From a bacterium (GTDB lineage: Bacteria > Bacteroidota > Ignavibacteria > UBA10030): a stretch of 26,156 nucleotides of DNA. The DNA is taken from contig JAZDJN010000067.1 of assembly GCA_043803945.1 (NCBI GenBank), positions 1 through 26,156 on the forward strand. The letters run 5' to 3'. The notes beneath the pieces are model-generated. The model was not told where the DNA came from. It did no database searches and worked only from the letters and a program-made list of their open reading frames with translations. Positions 1 to 7,301 of the stretch are shown here, one piece after another (position 1 is the first letter of the stretch; each line of letters begins with the position of its first letter). The translations under genes were made by a program, and so were the position numbers.

Positions 1-202
1 TAAAGGAAACAGCGCGGATGCATTTGGTGGATCAGCCTTATTGGCAGCCAGCCCGGATAACACAAAGGCATTGAGCGGTGTGGCTGGTGGAACAGGTACA
101 GGCAACTACTATGTGTTTGTTGGTGGTTCAGTGACGGCAGCGGTTGCACAGACTCCCGGAACATATACCGGTACCTACACTGTCGGCGTCGCATACAGAT
201 AA
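1..202 (+). CDS. DUF4402/Csu-like fimbrial subunit, C-terminal part (5'-truncated); possibly the major pilin
   Basis: Not in the ORF track. Frame 2 is open from base 2 to TAA at 200-202: ...GTGNYYVFVGGSVTAAVAQTPGTYTGTYTVGVAYR*. This aligns with the C-termini of the next three ORFs (GTGNYYIFVGGSITIP...AIYLGSFTLTVTYQ). Confidence 0.8.
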   Translation, partial: KGNSADAFGGSALLAASPDNTKALSGVAGGTGTGNYYVFVGGSVTAAVAQTPGTYTGTYTVGVAYR

Positions 203-214
203 GAACAGAGGAAG

Positions 215-274
215 CACACTTCGCCCACGGCGAGACGGAGAGAGAAGCGGAGGTATCCCGTGGGCGAATGTGTG
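215..274 (+). terminator. Intergenic stem-loop (mRNA stabiliser or partial terminator) after the first pilin
   Basis: CACACTTCGCCCACGG (215-230) pairs with CCGTGGGCGAA-T-GTGTG (258-274): 16 bp with one bulge and a 27-nt loop. There is no U-tract. Confidence 0.5.
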
Positions 275-352
275 AATCAAGAGTTTGCCAGCGATATTTA
301 GAAGATGTGTTGCAAAAATTAAAACGAATCACCAAGAATCCAATAAAGCATA

Positions 353-883
353 ATGTTTGCCGACCAAAATAAAAGAAAACTTGTAAGAAGGAACATCAGC
401 CTGCTGTTTGGGTTGATTCTTCTGTGTACTAATGTACACGCGCAGCTTTCGACCTCGGCAAGTGTCACAGCAACAGCAACGGTCCTTCAAGCACTTTCGA
501 TAGCGGCAAGCGGCGGTACCTTCAGTGATGGAGTGTTGGATTTCGGCAATCAATCGCTTAATACCACAACGACAATTAATCCCAAAACTAGTGCCGATGC
601 CATCCTTCTGACGATTGCCGGTGCGGCAAATGCAAATATTAAGATCGACTATATAAAAGTCGATCCAACAGATGGTACAATCTCAGTACCTTTTACACCG
701 GATGTTCGGGGCCATACCGTCAACAATAGTGCTCCCTCGACCGCTCTTGCGAGCGGAAGTATTCGCGCAATTAACGGGACAGGCAACTATTATATTTTTG
801 TCGGTGGGTCAATCACGATTCCCGCCGGCGCTCCAACAGCGATTTATCTTGGTTCATTTACGTTAACAGTGACATATCAATAG
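353..883 (+). CDS. DUF4402/Csu-like fimbrial subunit
   Basis: Signal peptide ending VHA|Q. Alternating N-terminal strand STSASVTATATVLQALSI, LDFG motif, C-terminal YYIFVGGSITIP...IYLGSFTLTVTYQ as in chaperone-usher pilins. Lies upstream of chaperone and usher genes. Confidence 0.8.
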   Translation: MFADQNKRKLVRRNISLLFGLILLCTNVHAQLSTSASVTATATVLQALSIAASGGTFSDGVLDFGNQSLNTTTTINPKTSADAILLTIAGAANANIKIDYIKVDPTDGTISVPFTPDVRGHTVNNSAPSTALASGSIRAINGTGNYYIFVGGSITIPAGAPTAIYLGSFTLTVTYQ

Positions 884-886
884 TAA

Positions 887-1435
887 ATGTGGATTCTCTC
901 AATGGAAAACGAACGACAATCATTCAATAAAGTTCTGATCATGATTCTCCTTCTCGGAGGTCTTGAAATGAATTCGAATGCGTACGCTCAAAGTTCGCTT
1001 TCAAGCAATGCGACCGTTAAGATTTCGGCGTTGAATGGATTGACAATTCTCAAGGTTCGTGATCTTAATTATGGAATAGTACCGCAAAATTCGACAGCGA
1101 CAATTGCGGTAACAGATGCACAGACAGGGAAATTTACCGTTGTTGGTACTAAGACCAAGAATGTTATCACAACGCTTACGCCTCCAGCAACCCTCACGAA
1201 TGGATCAAACTCGATAACCTATACCGCACAAGCCTCATTTAATAATCTTGCCGATAATCCGGCAACAGCCACTGAATGGATTCCCGCTTCCGGTGTAAAA
1301 GCCGGATTTAGGCCATCGGCAAATACCAGTGGCAACATTGGAGAATTTTATATATATATATATGGTTCAATAACAGTCGGAAATGTTCCGGCTGGAACCT
1401 ATACAGGTGTTTTTACAGTCTCTGTCAGTTATTAG
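887..1435 (+). CDS. DUF4402/Csu-like fimbrial subunit
   Basis: Signal peptide ending AYA|Q (start may be a later Met at 902 or 941). SSNATVKISALNGLTI strand, DLNYG motif, C-terminal PAGTYTGVFTVSVSY. Confidence 0.8.
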   Translation: MWILSMENERQSFNKVLIMILLLGGLEMNSNAYAQSSLSSNATVKISALNGLTILKVRDLNYGIVPQNSTATIAVTDAQTGKFTVVGTKTKNVITTLTPPATLTNGSNSITYTAQASFNNLADNPATATEWIPASGVKAGFRPSANTSGNIGEFYIYIYGSITVGNVPAGTYTGVFTVSVSY

Positions 1436-1503
1436 TCCATCAATGAGGAGGTGTTCTGATACCTCCAAACTTCCTATATCGGATCAATCTTCCACTTATC
1501 GTT

Positions 1504-1944
1504 ATGATCGTCATTTGCACGATCTGTAATGTCCAGCACTCTGTTGCTCAGCCAATAACTCTGCAAAAACTGCTCGATCTCAATTTCGGCACCATTATCG
1601 CCGGGACAAATGCATTGGTCAATCACACTGATCCGACTGCCGCGAAATTCAGGGTTCGTTATTCTAAAAACGCCGCATTGCAGGTGACTTTTTCGCTACC
1701 AACGAATTTAAGCACCGCCTCAAGCAATTTGATGCCCGTTGCATTCCCGGCAGGAGCTGCAGCATGGGCAGATAAGGATCAGCTCACAGGAAGAACGACG
1801 TTCAATCCCCAAACAGGAACTTCATTTACCATGCCCAAAGATAAGGATATCTATCTCTGGCTGGGAGGATCGCTTTCTCCTCCAAGTTCGCAACAGGCAG
1901 GAACATACTCTGCCGTTGTTACCATTATTGTTACAGTATTATAG
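1504..1944 (+). CDS. DUF4402/Csu-like fimbrial subunit lacking the N-terminal extension
   Basis: SVA|QPITLQKLLDLNFG; C-terminal IYLWLGGSLSP...AGTYSAVVTIIVTVL. The true start may be upstream (CTG 1456 or ATA 1459, after GAGGAGGT at 1445-1452). Confidence 0.75.
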   Translation: MIVICTICNVQHSVAQPITLQKLLDLNFGTIIAGTNALVNHTDPTAAKFRVRYSKNAALQVTFSLPTNLSTASSNLMPVAFPAGAAAWADKDQLTGRTTFNPQTGTSFTMPKDKDIYLWLGGSLSPPSSQQAGTYSAVVTIIVTVL

Positions 1945-1951
1945 AGAGTCC

Positions 1952-2785
1952 ATGATCAACCTAACTTTCCGTTGCTTGATGTTTACTGCGCTCGTTCTCA
2001 TTATTGTGATGAACTCATTCGCACAGATCACGATTGCACCAACCTTAGTCATGATGAGCGACAAGAATCCGTATGGAATCTTCTTTGTCGCAAATGAAAC
2101 AACGACGGCGCAGGAGGTGACGGTCACATTCAGGTTTGGGTACCCTACTTCAGACACTCTTGGGAATGGCTATATGCAATATGTTGATTCTCTTGCGGAG
2201 CGTCAGTATTCCATCAACACCTGGATCCGTGCATTTCCCCAACGATTTGTCGTACAGCCTAATCAGCGTCAGATGATTCGAATTGTAGCCCGGCCTCCGA
2301 GACAAATTCAGCCGGGGCTTTACTGGACCCGTATTATCGTGGGATCGCAACCTGCCTCAACGCGGATTGATACGTTGACCGCTGGAATTTCGACACAGAT
2401 TACGTTTCGCCTGGAACAGATTACGACAGCCGCGTATAAACGTGGAACCGTTCAAACAGAATTATCGCTCGGGGATTTCCAGGTGCTGCAGGATACCGGA
2501 GCAGTTCACATTCTTGTTCCGATTAAACGGCTTCAGAATTCACCATTTTACGGGACGATATCCCTCCGTGTTCTCGATTCCACTGGGAAGGTGGTGGCGG
2601 AAGATTTTGAGGTCTCCTCAGTCTATTTTAATTACACCAAACGTTTTTCAATTCCACGAGGGAAGTTCGTCGGGAAAGAGTTTGAAGCTGAATTAAAGAT
2701 TATTTCTGAGCGATCTGACATTCCCAAGCAGGATGTTCCTCAGATTGCTCCGCTAACAAAAAAAATCAAGTTCACTCTGCAGTGA
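1952..2785 (+). CDS. Periplasmic fimbrial chaperone, PapD-like
   Basis: ATG 1952 gives a signal peptide (MINLTFRCLMF...SFA|Q). PapD-N-like motifs ITIAPT, FFVANET and WIRAFPQRFVVQPNQRQMIRI. About 277 aa, two-domain size, located between pilins and usher. Confidence 0.8.
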   Translation: MINLTFRCLMFTALVLIIVMNSFAQITIAPTLVMMSDKNPYGIFFVANETTTAQEVTVTFRFGYPTSDTLGNGYMQYVDSLAERQYSINTWIRAFPQRFVVQPNQRQMIRIVARPPRQIQPGLYWTRIIVGSQPASTRIDTLTAGISTQITFRLEQITTAAYKRGTVQTELSLGDFQVLQDTGAVHILVPIKRLQNSPFYGTISLRVLDSTGKVVAEDFEVSSVYFNYTKRFSIPRGKFVGKEFEAELKIISERSDIPKQDVPQIAPLTKKIKFTLQ

Positions 2786-2788
2786 TTC

Positions 2789-5413
2789 TTGCAACGACTC
2801 TTCTTCCATCATCTGGCCATTCTTCTGTTGTTCCTTACTGGACCTGCAGGACGGGTTCAGGCGCAGGATCGTCCTCAAGGGCAGCCTCAGGAAATTTTCC
2901 TGGAGTTTCGATTTAGCTCTGCGAACACAATTATCAATGCGTACCTTTATCGGGACACGATCTATCTTCCCATCGGCGAACTCTTTACTGCTCTGAAAAT
3001 CGATCATACAGTATCGATCGACAAGCGAACCGTTGCGGGAACCTACCTCGATCTCGAATCCTCGTTCCACATCGATTTGGCTCAGCATACAGCTGAGTAC
3101 CGCAGTAAGCAAACTCCAATCAGCGATTCAGAAGTACTCGTCACCGATGCAAATATATTTTTAACACCGCGTTTATATTTCGAGATCTTTAAAATGAAAT
3201 TCCTGCCGGATCTTTCCAATTTAAGCCTGGCCCTCGAATCGCCTTATCCGATGCCAATCGAGGAAGAATTTCAACGTGAGCTACGTCGAAAATCATTGGC
3301 TGTGCCCTTTGCCGTTCGACCATTTGCCCCCTTGTTGTTCACACCTCAGCGGGCGTTCTTTGATGGGGGATTCCTGGACTATAATGTTGTGGCGGCATTC
3401 AATCCCCAGAACCAGTCTATCACCTCCCAATTACGGGGCGGCAGTGAACTACTCGGCGGAGGACTTGAAATTGAATATCTCGGCTCTATTATCAATCAAA
3501 GAAGTCCAAGCTCCGCTGCGTTGGCACGCTGGAATTACATCTTTGAGCCAAATAAGCTCCTCACAGAGGTGAACATCGGGAACCTCAGTTCCGGGGGACT
3601 CAATCAGCATCAGTATCGGGGAATCGCACTCTCAAACGAACCAACGGAGATTCGAAGGTTTTTTGCCTTCTACCAGATAGAGAAAATTCTCTCTCCAGGT
3701 TGGGATGTGGAATTGTTTCTGAATAATCAACTTGTCTCATTTGCCAAACTCGATTCTGCAGGAAAATACGCGACTGAAATTCCTTTAGGATATGGAAGCA
3801 ATCAATTGGAGCTGCGATACTTTGGACTGAAGGGTGAACGGGGTGTTGAAACCAGGAGAATTGATATTCCCATGTCGCTTCTCCCAGCAAGAGAGTTGAT
3901 CTATGCTCTAAGCTTGGGGGAAGTATCGTATAGCGGTACGCGGATGGCTCAGGGAAACCTGATGTATGGTTTAACAGATTTCCTGACCACGACCGTAGGA
4001 GTCGACTATCTCTCCGAAACGAAATTCTCAAAACCGATTTTCTATCAAATGCTCTCCAGCCGTTTCTGGACATCCTATCTGGTGAATCTCGAGTATGCAT
4101 CCTCTTTACGATATGGCGGCAGATTGCGGGCGATCTATCAATCAAATGCAGGGTTCGAGGTTTCATATCTTAACTACCTGCACAACCTCTACTACAATCC
4201 CGCTGACCGAACATCCGAAATCAACGCATCAGGATTTTTCCCCACGATGATCGCTGGTATTCCATTCAATTATCGGATCACCGGTAATTTGACGAAGTTC
4301 GAACGGTTCTCACAATATCAATACAATATTGACGTCTCAAGTGCTTTCTACCCCTGGTATCTCGGCGCGGGATTGCAGCGCTATGCTAATCGAGGGATTT
4401 CAGACCGTTGGTTCGGAACAAGCAGCATCAGGACATTTGCGATCTATAGCGTTTCCTCCCAAGCCGGTGCCTTTGAATTTCTGAATGGTGCAATCATCAA
4501 TGGAACAGCTGATTTTTCCGTTTCCACCGGAACCCTTGAACGGATGAGTATCGATGGCGCTCAATCATTCCTGCCTCATGGAAGGATCCGGTTATCGCTT
4601 GATCATGATTTCCGGCTGCACTCGTCGGGTTTTTTTCTACTCCTGACCTTTGACCTGCCCACTACCTACTACACAACATCAGTGAGTGCTGCTCATACCA
4701 ACGCCTCACTGTATCACACTTTTAATGGGACCATCGGATATGACAGCAACCACGGAGAACTGCTTTTTCATAATCGGGGGGGAGTGGGGCGTTCGGCAGC
4801 AACATTTCTCATGTATGTGGATGCGAATGGCGATGGACAGTTCAACCAAGGAGAACAAATACTCCCGGATGTGAATTTCAATTTAAGTCAGTCAGTGGTC
4901 ATTGATAAGTACCCATCAGGAATGACACGTGTGCGGGAATTACTTCCCTATAATCGCTATAATGTGGAGATAAGCGATGCTTCAGAAGAGAATCCACTTA
5001 TTGTTCCCTCTGTGAAGGCGTTTTCATTTCTTACTCCCCCCAATCGTTATCTTCCCATCGATTTCCCTTTTTACACCTCTGCGATTTTTGAGGGTACCAT
5101 TCAGCGGAGCAGAGGGGGACAGTTCCTCCCGGTGCCGGGATTGAACGTCCATATTAGGGGAGCCAAGGAATTCCATAAGGAGATTCTGACCTTCTCCAAC
5201 GGGAGCTTTTATTATATGGGAGTCCCCCCTGGGGAATACATTGTCTCCCCGGATTCCGCGCAATTAAGAATTTTAAATGTGACGGCTGATCCGCCGCAGA
5301 GAACGATCACCATTGGATTCGGTGGTGAGGGTCAGTTCTTTACCTCCCTGGACTTCATTCTCTCCGATCGTGGTGAAACGAAACGCATTCCCGAGGGTGA
5401 AGCGAAGCGGTGA
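2789..5413 (+). CDS. Outer-membrane usher-like protein with C-terminal SdrD-B/carboxypeptidase-regulatory-like domains
   Basis: 874 aa, TTG start, signal peptide VQA|Q. Usher-like FFDGGFLDYNV and YRGIALSN motifs, and plug-like GWDVELFLNNQLV...EIPLGYGSNQLELRYFGLKGE. Long amphipathic aromatic beta-strand region, then YVDANGDGQFNQGEQ and TFSNGSFYYMGVPPGEYIV. Confidence 0.75.
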   Translation: MQRLFFHHLAILLLFLTGPAGRVQAQDRPQGQPQEIFLEFRFSSANTIINAYLYRDTIYLPIGELFTALKIDHTVSIDKRTVAGTYLDLESSFHIDLAQHTAEYRSKQTPISDSEVLVTDANIFLTPRLYFEIFKMKFLPDLSNLSLALESPYPMPIEEEFQRELRRKSLAVPFAVRPFAPLLFTPQRAFFDGGFLDYNVVAAFNPQNQSITSQLRGGSELLGGGLEIEYLGSIINQRSPSSAALARWNYIFEPNKLLTEVNIGNLSSGGLNQHQYRGIALSNEPTEIRRFFAFYQIEKILSPGWDVELFLNNQLVSFAKLDSAGKYATEIPLGYGSNQLELRYFGLKGERGVETRRIDIPMSLLPARELIYALSLGEVSYSGTRMAQGNLMYGLTDFLTTTVGVDYLSETKFSKPIFYQMLSSRFWTSYLVNLEYASSLRYGGRLRAIYQSNAGFEVSYLNYLHNLYYNPADRTSEINASGFFPTMIAGIPFNYRITGNLTKFERFSQYQYNIDVSSAFYPWYLGAGLQRYANRGISDRWFGTSSIRTFAIYSVSSQAGAFEFLNGAIINGTADFSVSTGTLERMSIDGAQSFLPHGRIRLSLDHDFRLHSSGFFLLLTFDLPTTYYTTSVSAAHTNASLYHTFNGTIGYDSNHGELLFHNRGGVGRSAATFLMYVDANGDGQFNQGEQILPDVNFNLSQSVVIDKYPSGMTRVRELLPYNRYNVEISDASEENPLIVPSVKAFSFLTPPNRYLPIDFPFYTSAIFEGTIQRSRGGQFLPVPGLNVHIRGAKEFHKEILTFSNGSFYYMGVPPGEYIVSPDSAQLRILNVTADPPQRTITIGFGGEGQFFTSLDFILSDRGETKRIPEGEAKR

Positions 5414-5539
5414 TCTGATACAACTTCAAATTTGTTGACCTCATCCTCCATTCTGAAAGAAATCCTAAGTTTTATCCCTGTTCGTACACCCCCTTTAAAA
5501 AAAAATATTCAAAATAGCCAGATAACCGTAAATATTTGC

Positions 5540-5568
5540 TTGCAACTCATATGAGATATTCTTATTCT
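5540..5568 (+). promoter_or_regulatory. Candidate sigma70-type promoter for the 5666 gene
   Basis: TTGCAA (5540-5545), 17-bp spacer, TATTCT (5563-5568) in AT-rich intergenic DNA. The spacer contains the palindrome CTCATATGAG. Confidence 0.3.
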
Positions 5569-5665
5569 TTTCTCGGCGAGCCTATTAGGCAAAAACAACA
5601 TAACTCAAAAGCTGTCTCCTTGTTTCCATCAAGCACGGATTCACACACGTATTTGGGGCAAGGCC

Positions 5666-6001
5666 ATGAAGCTTTTTCTATTACTCTTCTTAATCTTGTT
5701 ACCGATAGGATTGATGGCGCAAACAAGTGCGCGGGGTATAGCACTCGTAAGTGCAATCGTTGTTCCGGCTGTCTGGGTAGAAGTGTCCCCGTCCGAAAAA
5801 AATCCCTCTTCAAAAATTGTGGCAAATCAGTCCTGTCACGAGATTACTTTTCAAGGTTCCGCGACTATTCAAGTTGAGTTTCAGGATCATCAATCGATCC
5901 AGCAAAAGAATCTTTCTTTGAAGGCTGGCATAAGTACCAGTGTACATCTTCCATCGCAGAAAAAGACTCAGACCATTCGTATTACCCATCTCAGTAATTG
6001 A
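5666..6001 (+). CDS. Small secreted protein with a pilin donor-strand-like N-terminus
   Basis: Clear signal peptide MKLFLLLFLILLPIGLMA|Q. Mature start QTSARGIALVSAIVVPAV resembles the pilin N-terminal strand. No pilin C-terminal motif. Confidence 0.7.
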   Translation: MKLFLLLFLILLPIGLMAQTSARGIALVSAIVVPAVWVEVSPSEKNPSSKIVANQSCHEITFQGSATIQVEFQDHQSIQQKNLSLKAGISTSVHLPSQKKTQTIRITHLSN

Positions 6002-6026
6002 CAACCTGATGGAAAATATTTAAGCT

Positions 6027-6077
6027 AGATGACCGGCACCTCAGCATGGATTGAACGCGTTTAGGTGACGGTCATCT
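6027..6077 (+). terminator. Stem-loop downstream of the 5666 gene, possible terminator
   Basis: AGATGACCGGCACCT (6027-6041) and AGGTGACGGTCATCT (6063-6077) form a 15-bp inverted repeat with one mismatch and a 21-nt loop. The U-tract is weak. Confidence 0.45.
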
Positions 6078-6209
6078 CTTCATATACTATTCCTCACCCA
6101 TCATTTCTCATCAAAACCTCCCATTGCTCAAATTCCTCTTTTTTCGACAATTATCCCTTCCTCATTTCCTACCCATCTACGGTGTAGACTGTAGATCACT
6201 ACGTACCTC

Positions 6210-6231
6210 ACCGTATTTTTAAAAATACGGT
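6210..6231. promoter_or_regulatory. Perfect 22-bp palindrome, candidate operator
   Basis: ACCGTATTTTTAAAAATACGGT is its own reverse complement and lies about 100 bp upstream of the first receiver gene. Confidence 0.45.
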
Positions 6232-6327
6232 CTTCCATCGATATCGTAAGTGGACATTTCATCGGATTATTATAGCAACCCCTAGTAATGGGAGAAGTCC
6301 ATTTTTTTTTAAGTGAAAGGTAACTGT

Positions 6328-6735
6328 ATGAAACCTGTCAGAATTCTCATCGCCGACGATCATAAAGATTTTCGCAGTGTGGTTGAGAGGTTTCTCCGCA
6401 ATCTTCCATCTGTAATGGTTGTCGGCGAGGCTTCCGATGGCGTGGAAGTTGTTGAGAAGGTCGAGGAATTGAAACCCGATCTCGTGTTGATGGATATCGC
6501 GATGCCCCAGCGCAGCGGACTCGAAGCGACGCGCATCATCAAGCATCAGTGGCCGGGTGTGCAGGTCATCATCACAACAATGTATGACTATCCGATCTAC
6601 CGGATGCAGGCGCAAGAGGTGCATGCGGATCAATTCGTACTGAAGTCGGCATTGAAATCGAATCTCGAATCTGTCCTTGGCATTCCGCCGAATGGTACAA
6701 AAACAGAAGAATTCGTACCGCCACTTATCAAGTGA
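6328..6735 (+). CDS. Stand-alone response-regulator receiver protein (NarL/FixJ-type REC, no HTH)
   Basis: ATG 6328 follows GAAAGG. Motifs ILIADDH, VVGEASDG, PDLVLMDIAMP (phospho-Asp), Thr in IITTM and Lys in FVLKS. The protein ends shortly after the REC domain. Confidence 0.9.
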   Translation: MKPVRILIADDHKDFRSVVERFLRNLPSVMVVGEASDGVEVVEKVEELKPDLVLMDIAMPQRSGLEATRIIKHQWPGVQVIITTMYDYPIYRMQAQEVHADQFVLKSALKSNLESVLGIPPNGTKTEEFVPPLIK

Positions 6736-6814
6736 TATCCGTCCATTAAGTCAGAGTCAACAATGATTGCGACGGATAGAATACCATATAATTCAATTCA
6801 GAAAGGAGATCAGC

Positions 6815-7219
6815 ATGTCTGCTCTCAAAGTGCTCGTTGTAGATGATCACGCAGGATTTAGAAAATCACTGGCTAAATTTCTTCAGTCACAACGGAATGT
6901 CGAGGTGGTCGGAGAAGCAGTCGATGGTGCAAATGCCATTGCACAAACAGAACGACTGAAACCGGATCTTGTCATTCTCGATCTGGAGATGCCTGATCGT
7001 GATGGATTTGAAACGGCTCAGGTCATTAAGCGACAATACCCGGGTACATACCTTGTTCTTCTCTCGATGCATGGGAATGACATCTATCGGCTCAAAGCTC
7101 GTCAATGCATGGTCGATGGATTTATTCACAAAACCCACTTGAAGGAGGGTCTTCTGATGATTCTTCGAAATCGAGAAAACAACATGGTGTCTACTGCACA
7201 GTATGCAAGTGTTGCCTAG
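6815..7219 (+). CDS. Stand-alone response-regulator receiver protein (NarL/FixJ-type REC, no HTH)
   Basis: ATG 6815 follows AAGGAG. Motifs VLVVDDH, VVGEAVDG, PDLVILDLEMPDRDG, Ser in LLSMH and Lys in FIHKT. No output domain. Confidence 0.9.
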   Translation: MSALKVLVVDDHAGFRKSLAKFLQSQRNVEVVGEAVDGANAIAQTERLKPDLVILDLEMPDRDGFETAQVIKRQYPGTYLVLLSMHGNDIYRLKARQCMVDGFIHKTHLKEGLLMILRNRENNMVSTAQYASVA

Positions 7220-7301
7220 GTGAGGATGTCCTCAGTAATGAACAGCATTCAATATCATAGATGCTTTGCTTTGATGTCGATCTTCATCAGCAAGCTAATG
7301 A

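Noticed and set aside
1739-1951. 348-aa version of the chaperone ORF starting at 1739
   Set aside because: It overlaps pilin 4 by about 200 bp, while ATG 1952 gives a proper signal peptide just after the pilin stop.
5536-5877. ORFs 5536-5877 (+), 5562-5825 (-) and 5810-6004 (-)
   Set aside because: They overlap the 5666 gene, which has a clear signal peptide, and show no recognisable features.
5497-6310. A9 (5497-5505) and T9 (6302-6310) homopolymers as phase-variation tracts
   Set aside because: They are short runs in AT-rich intergenic DNA with no evidence of variation.
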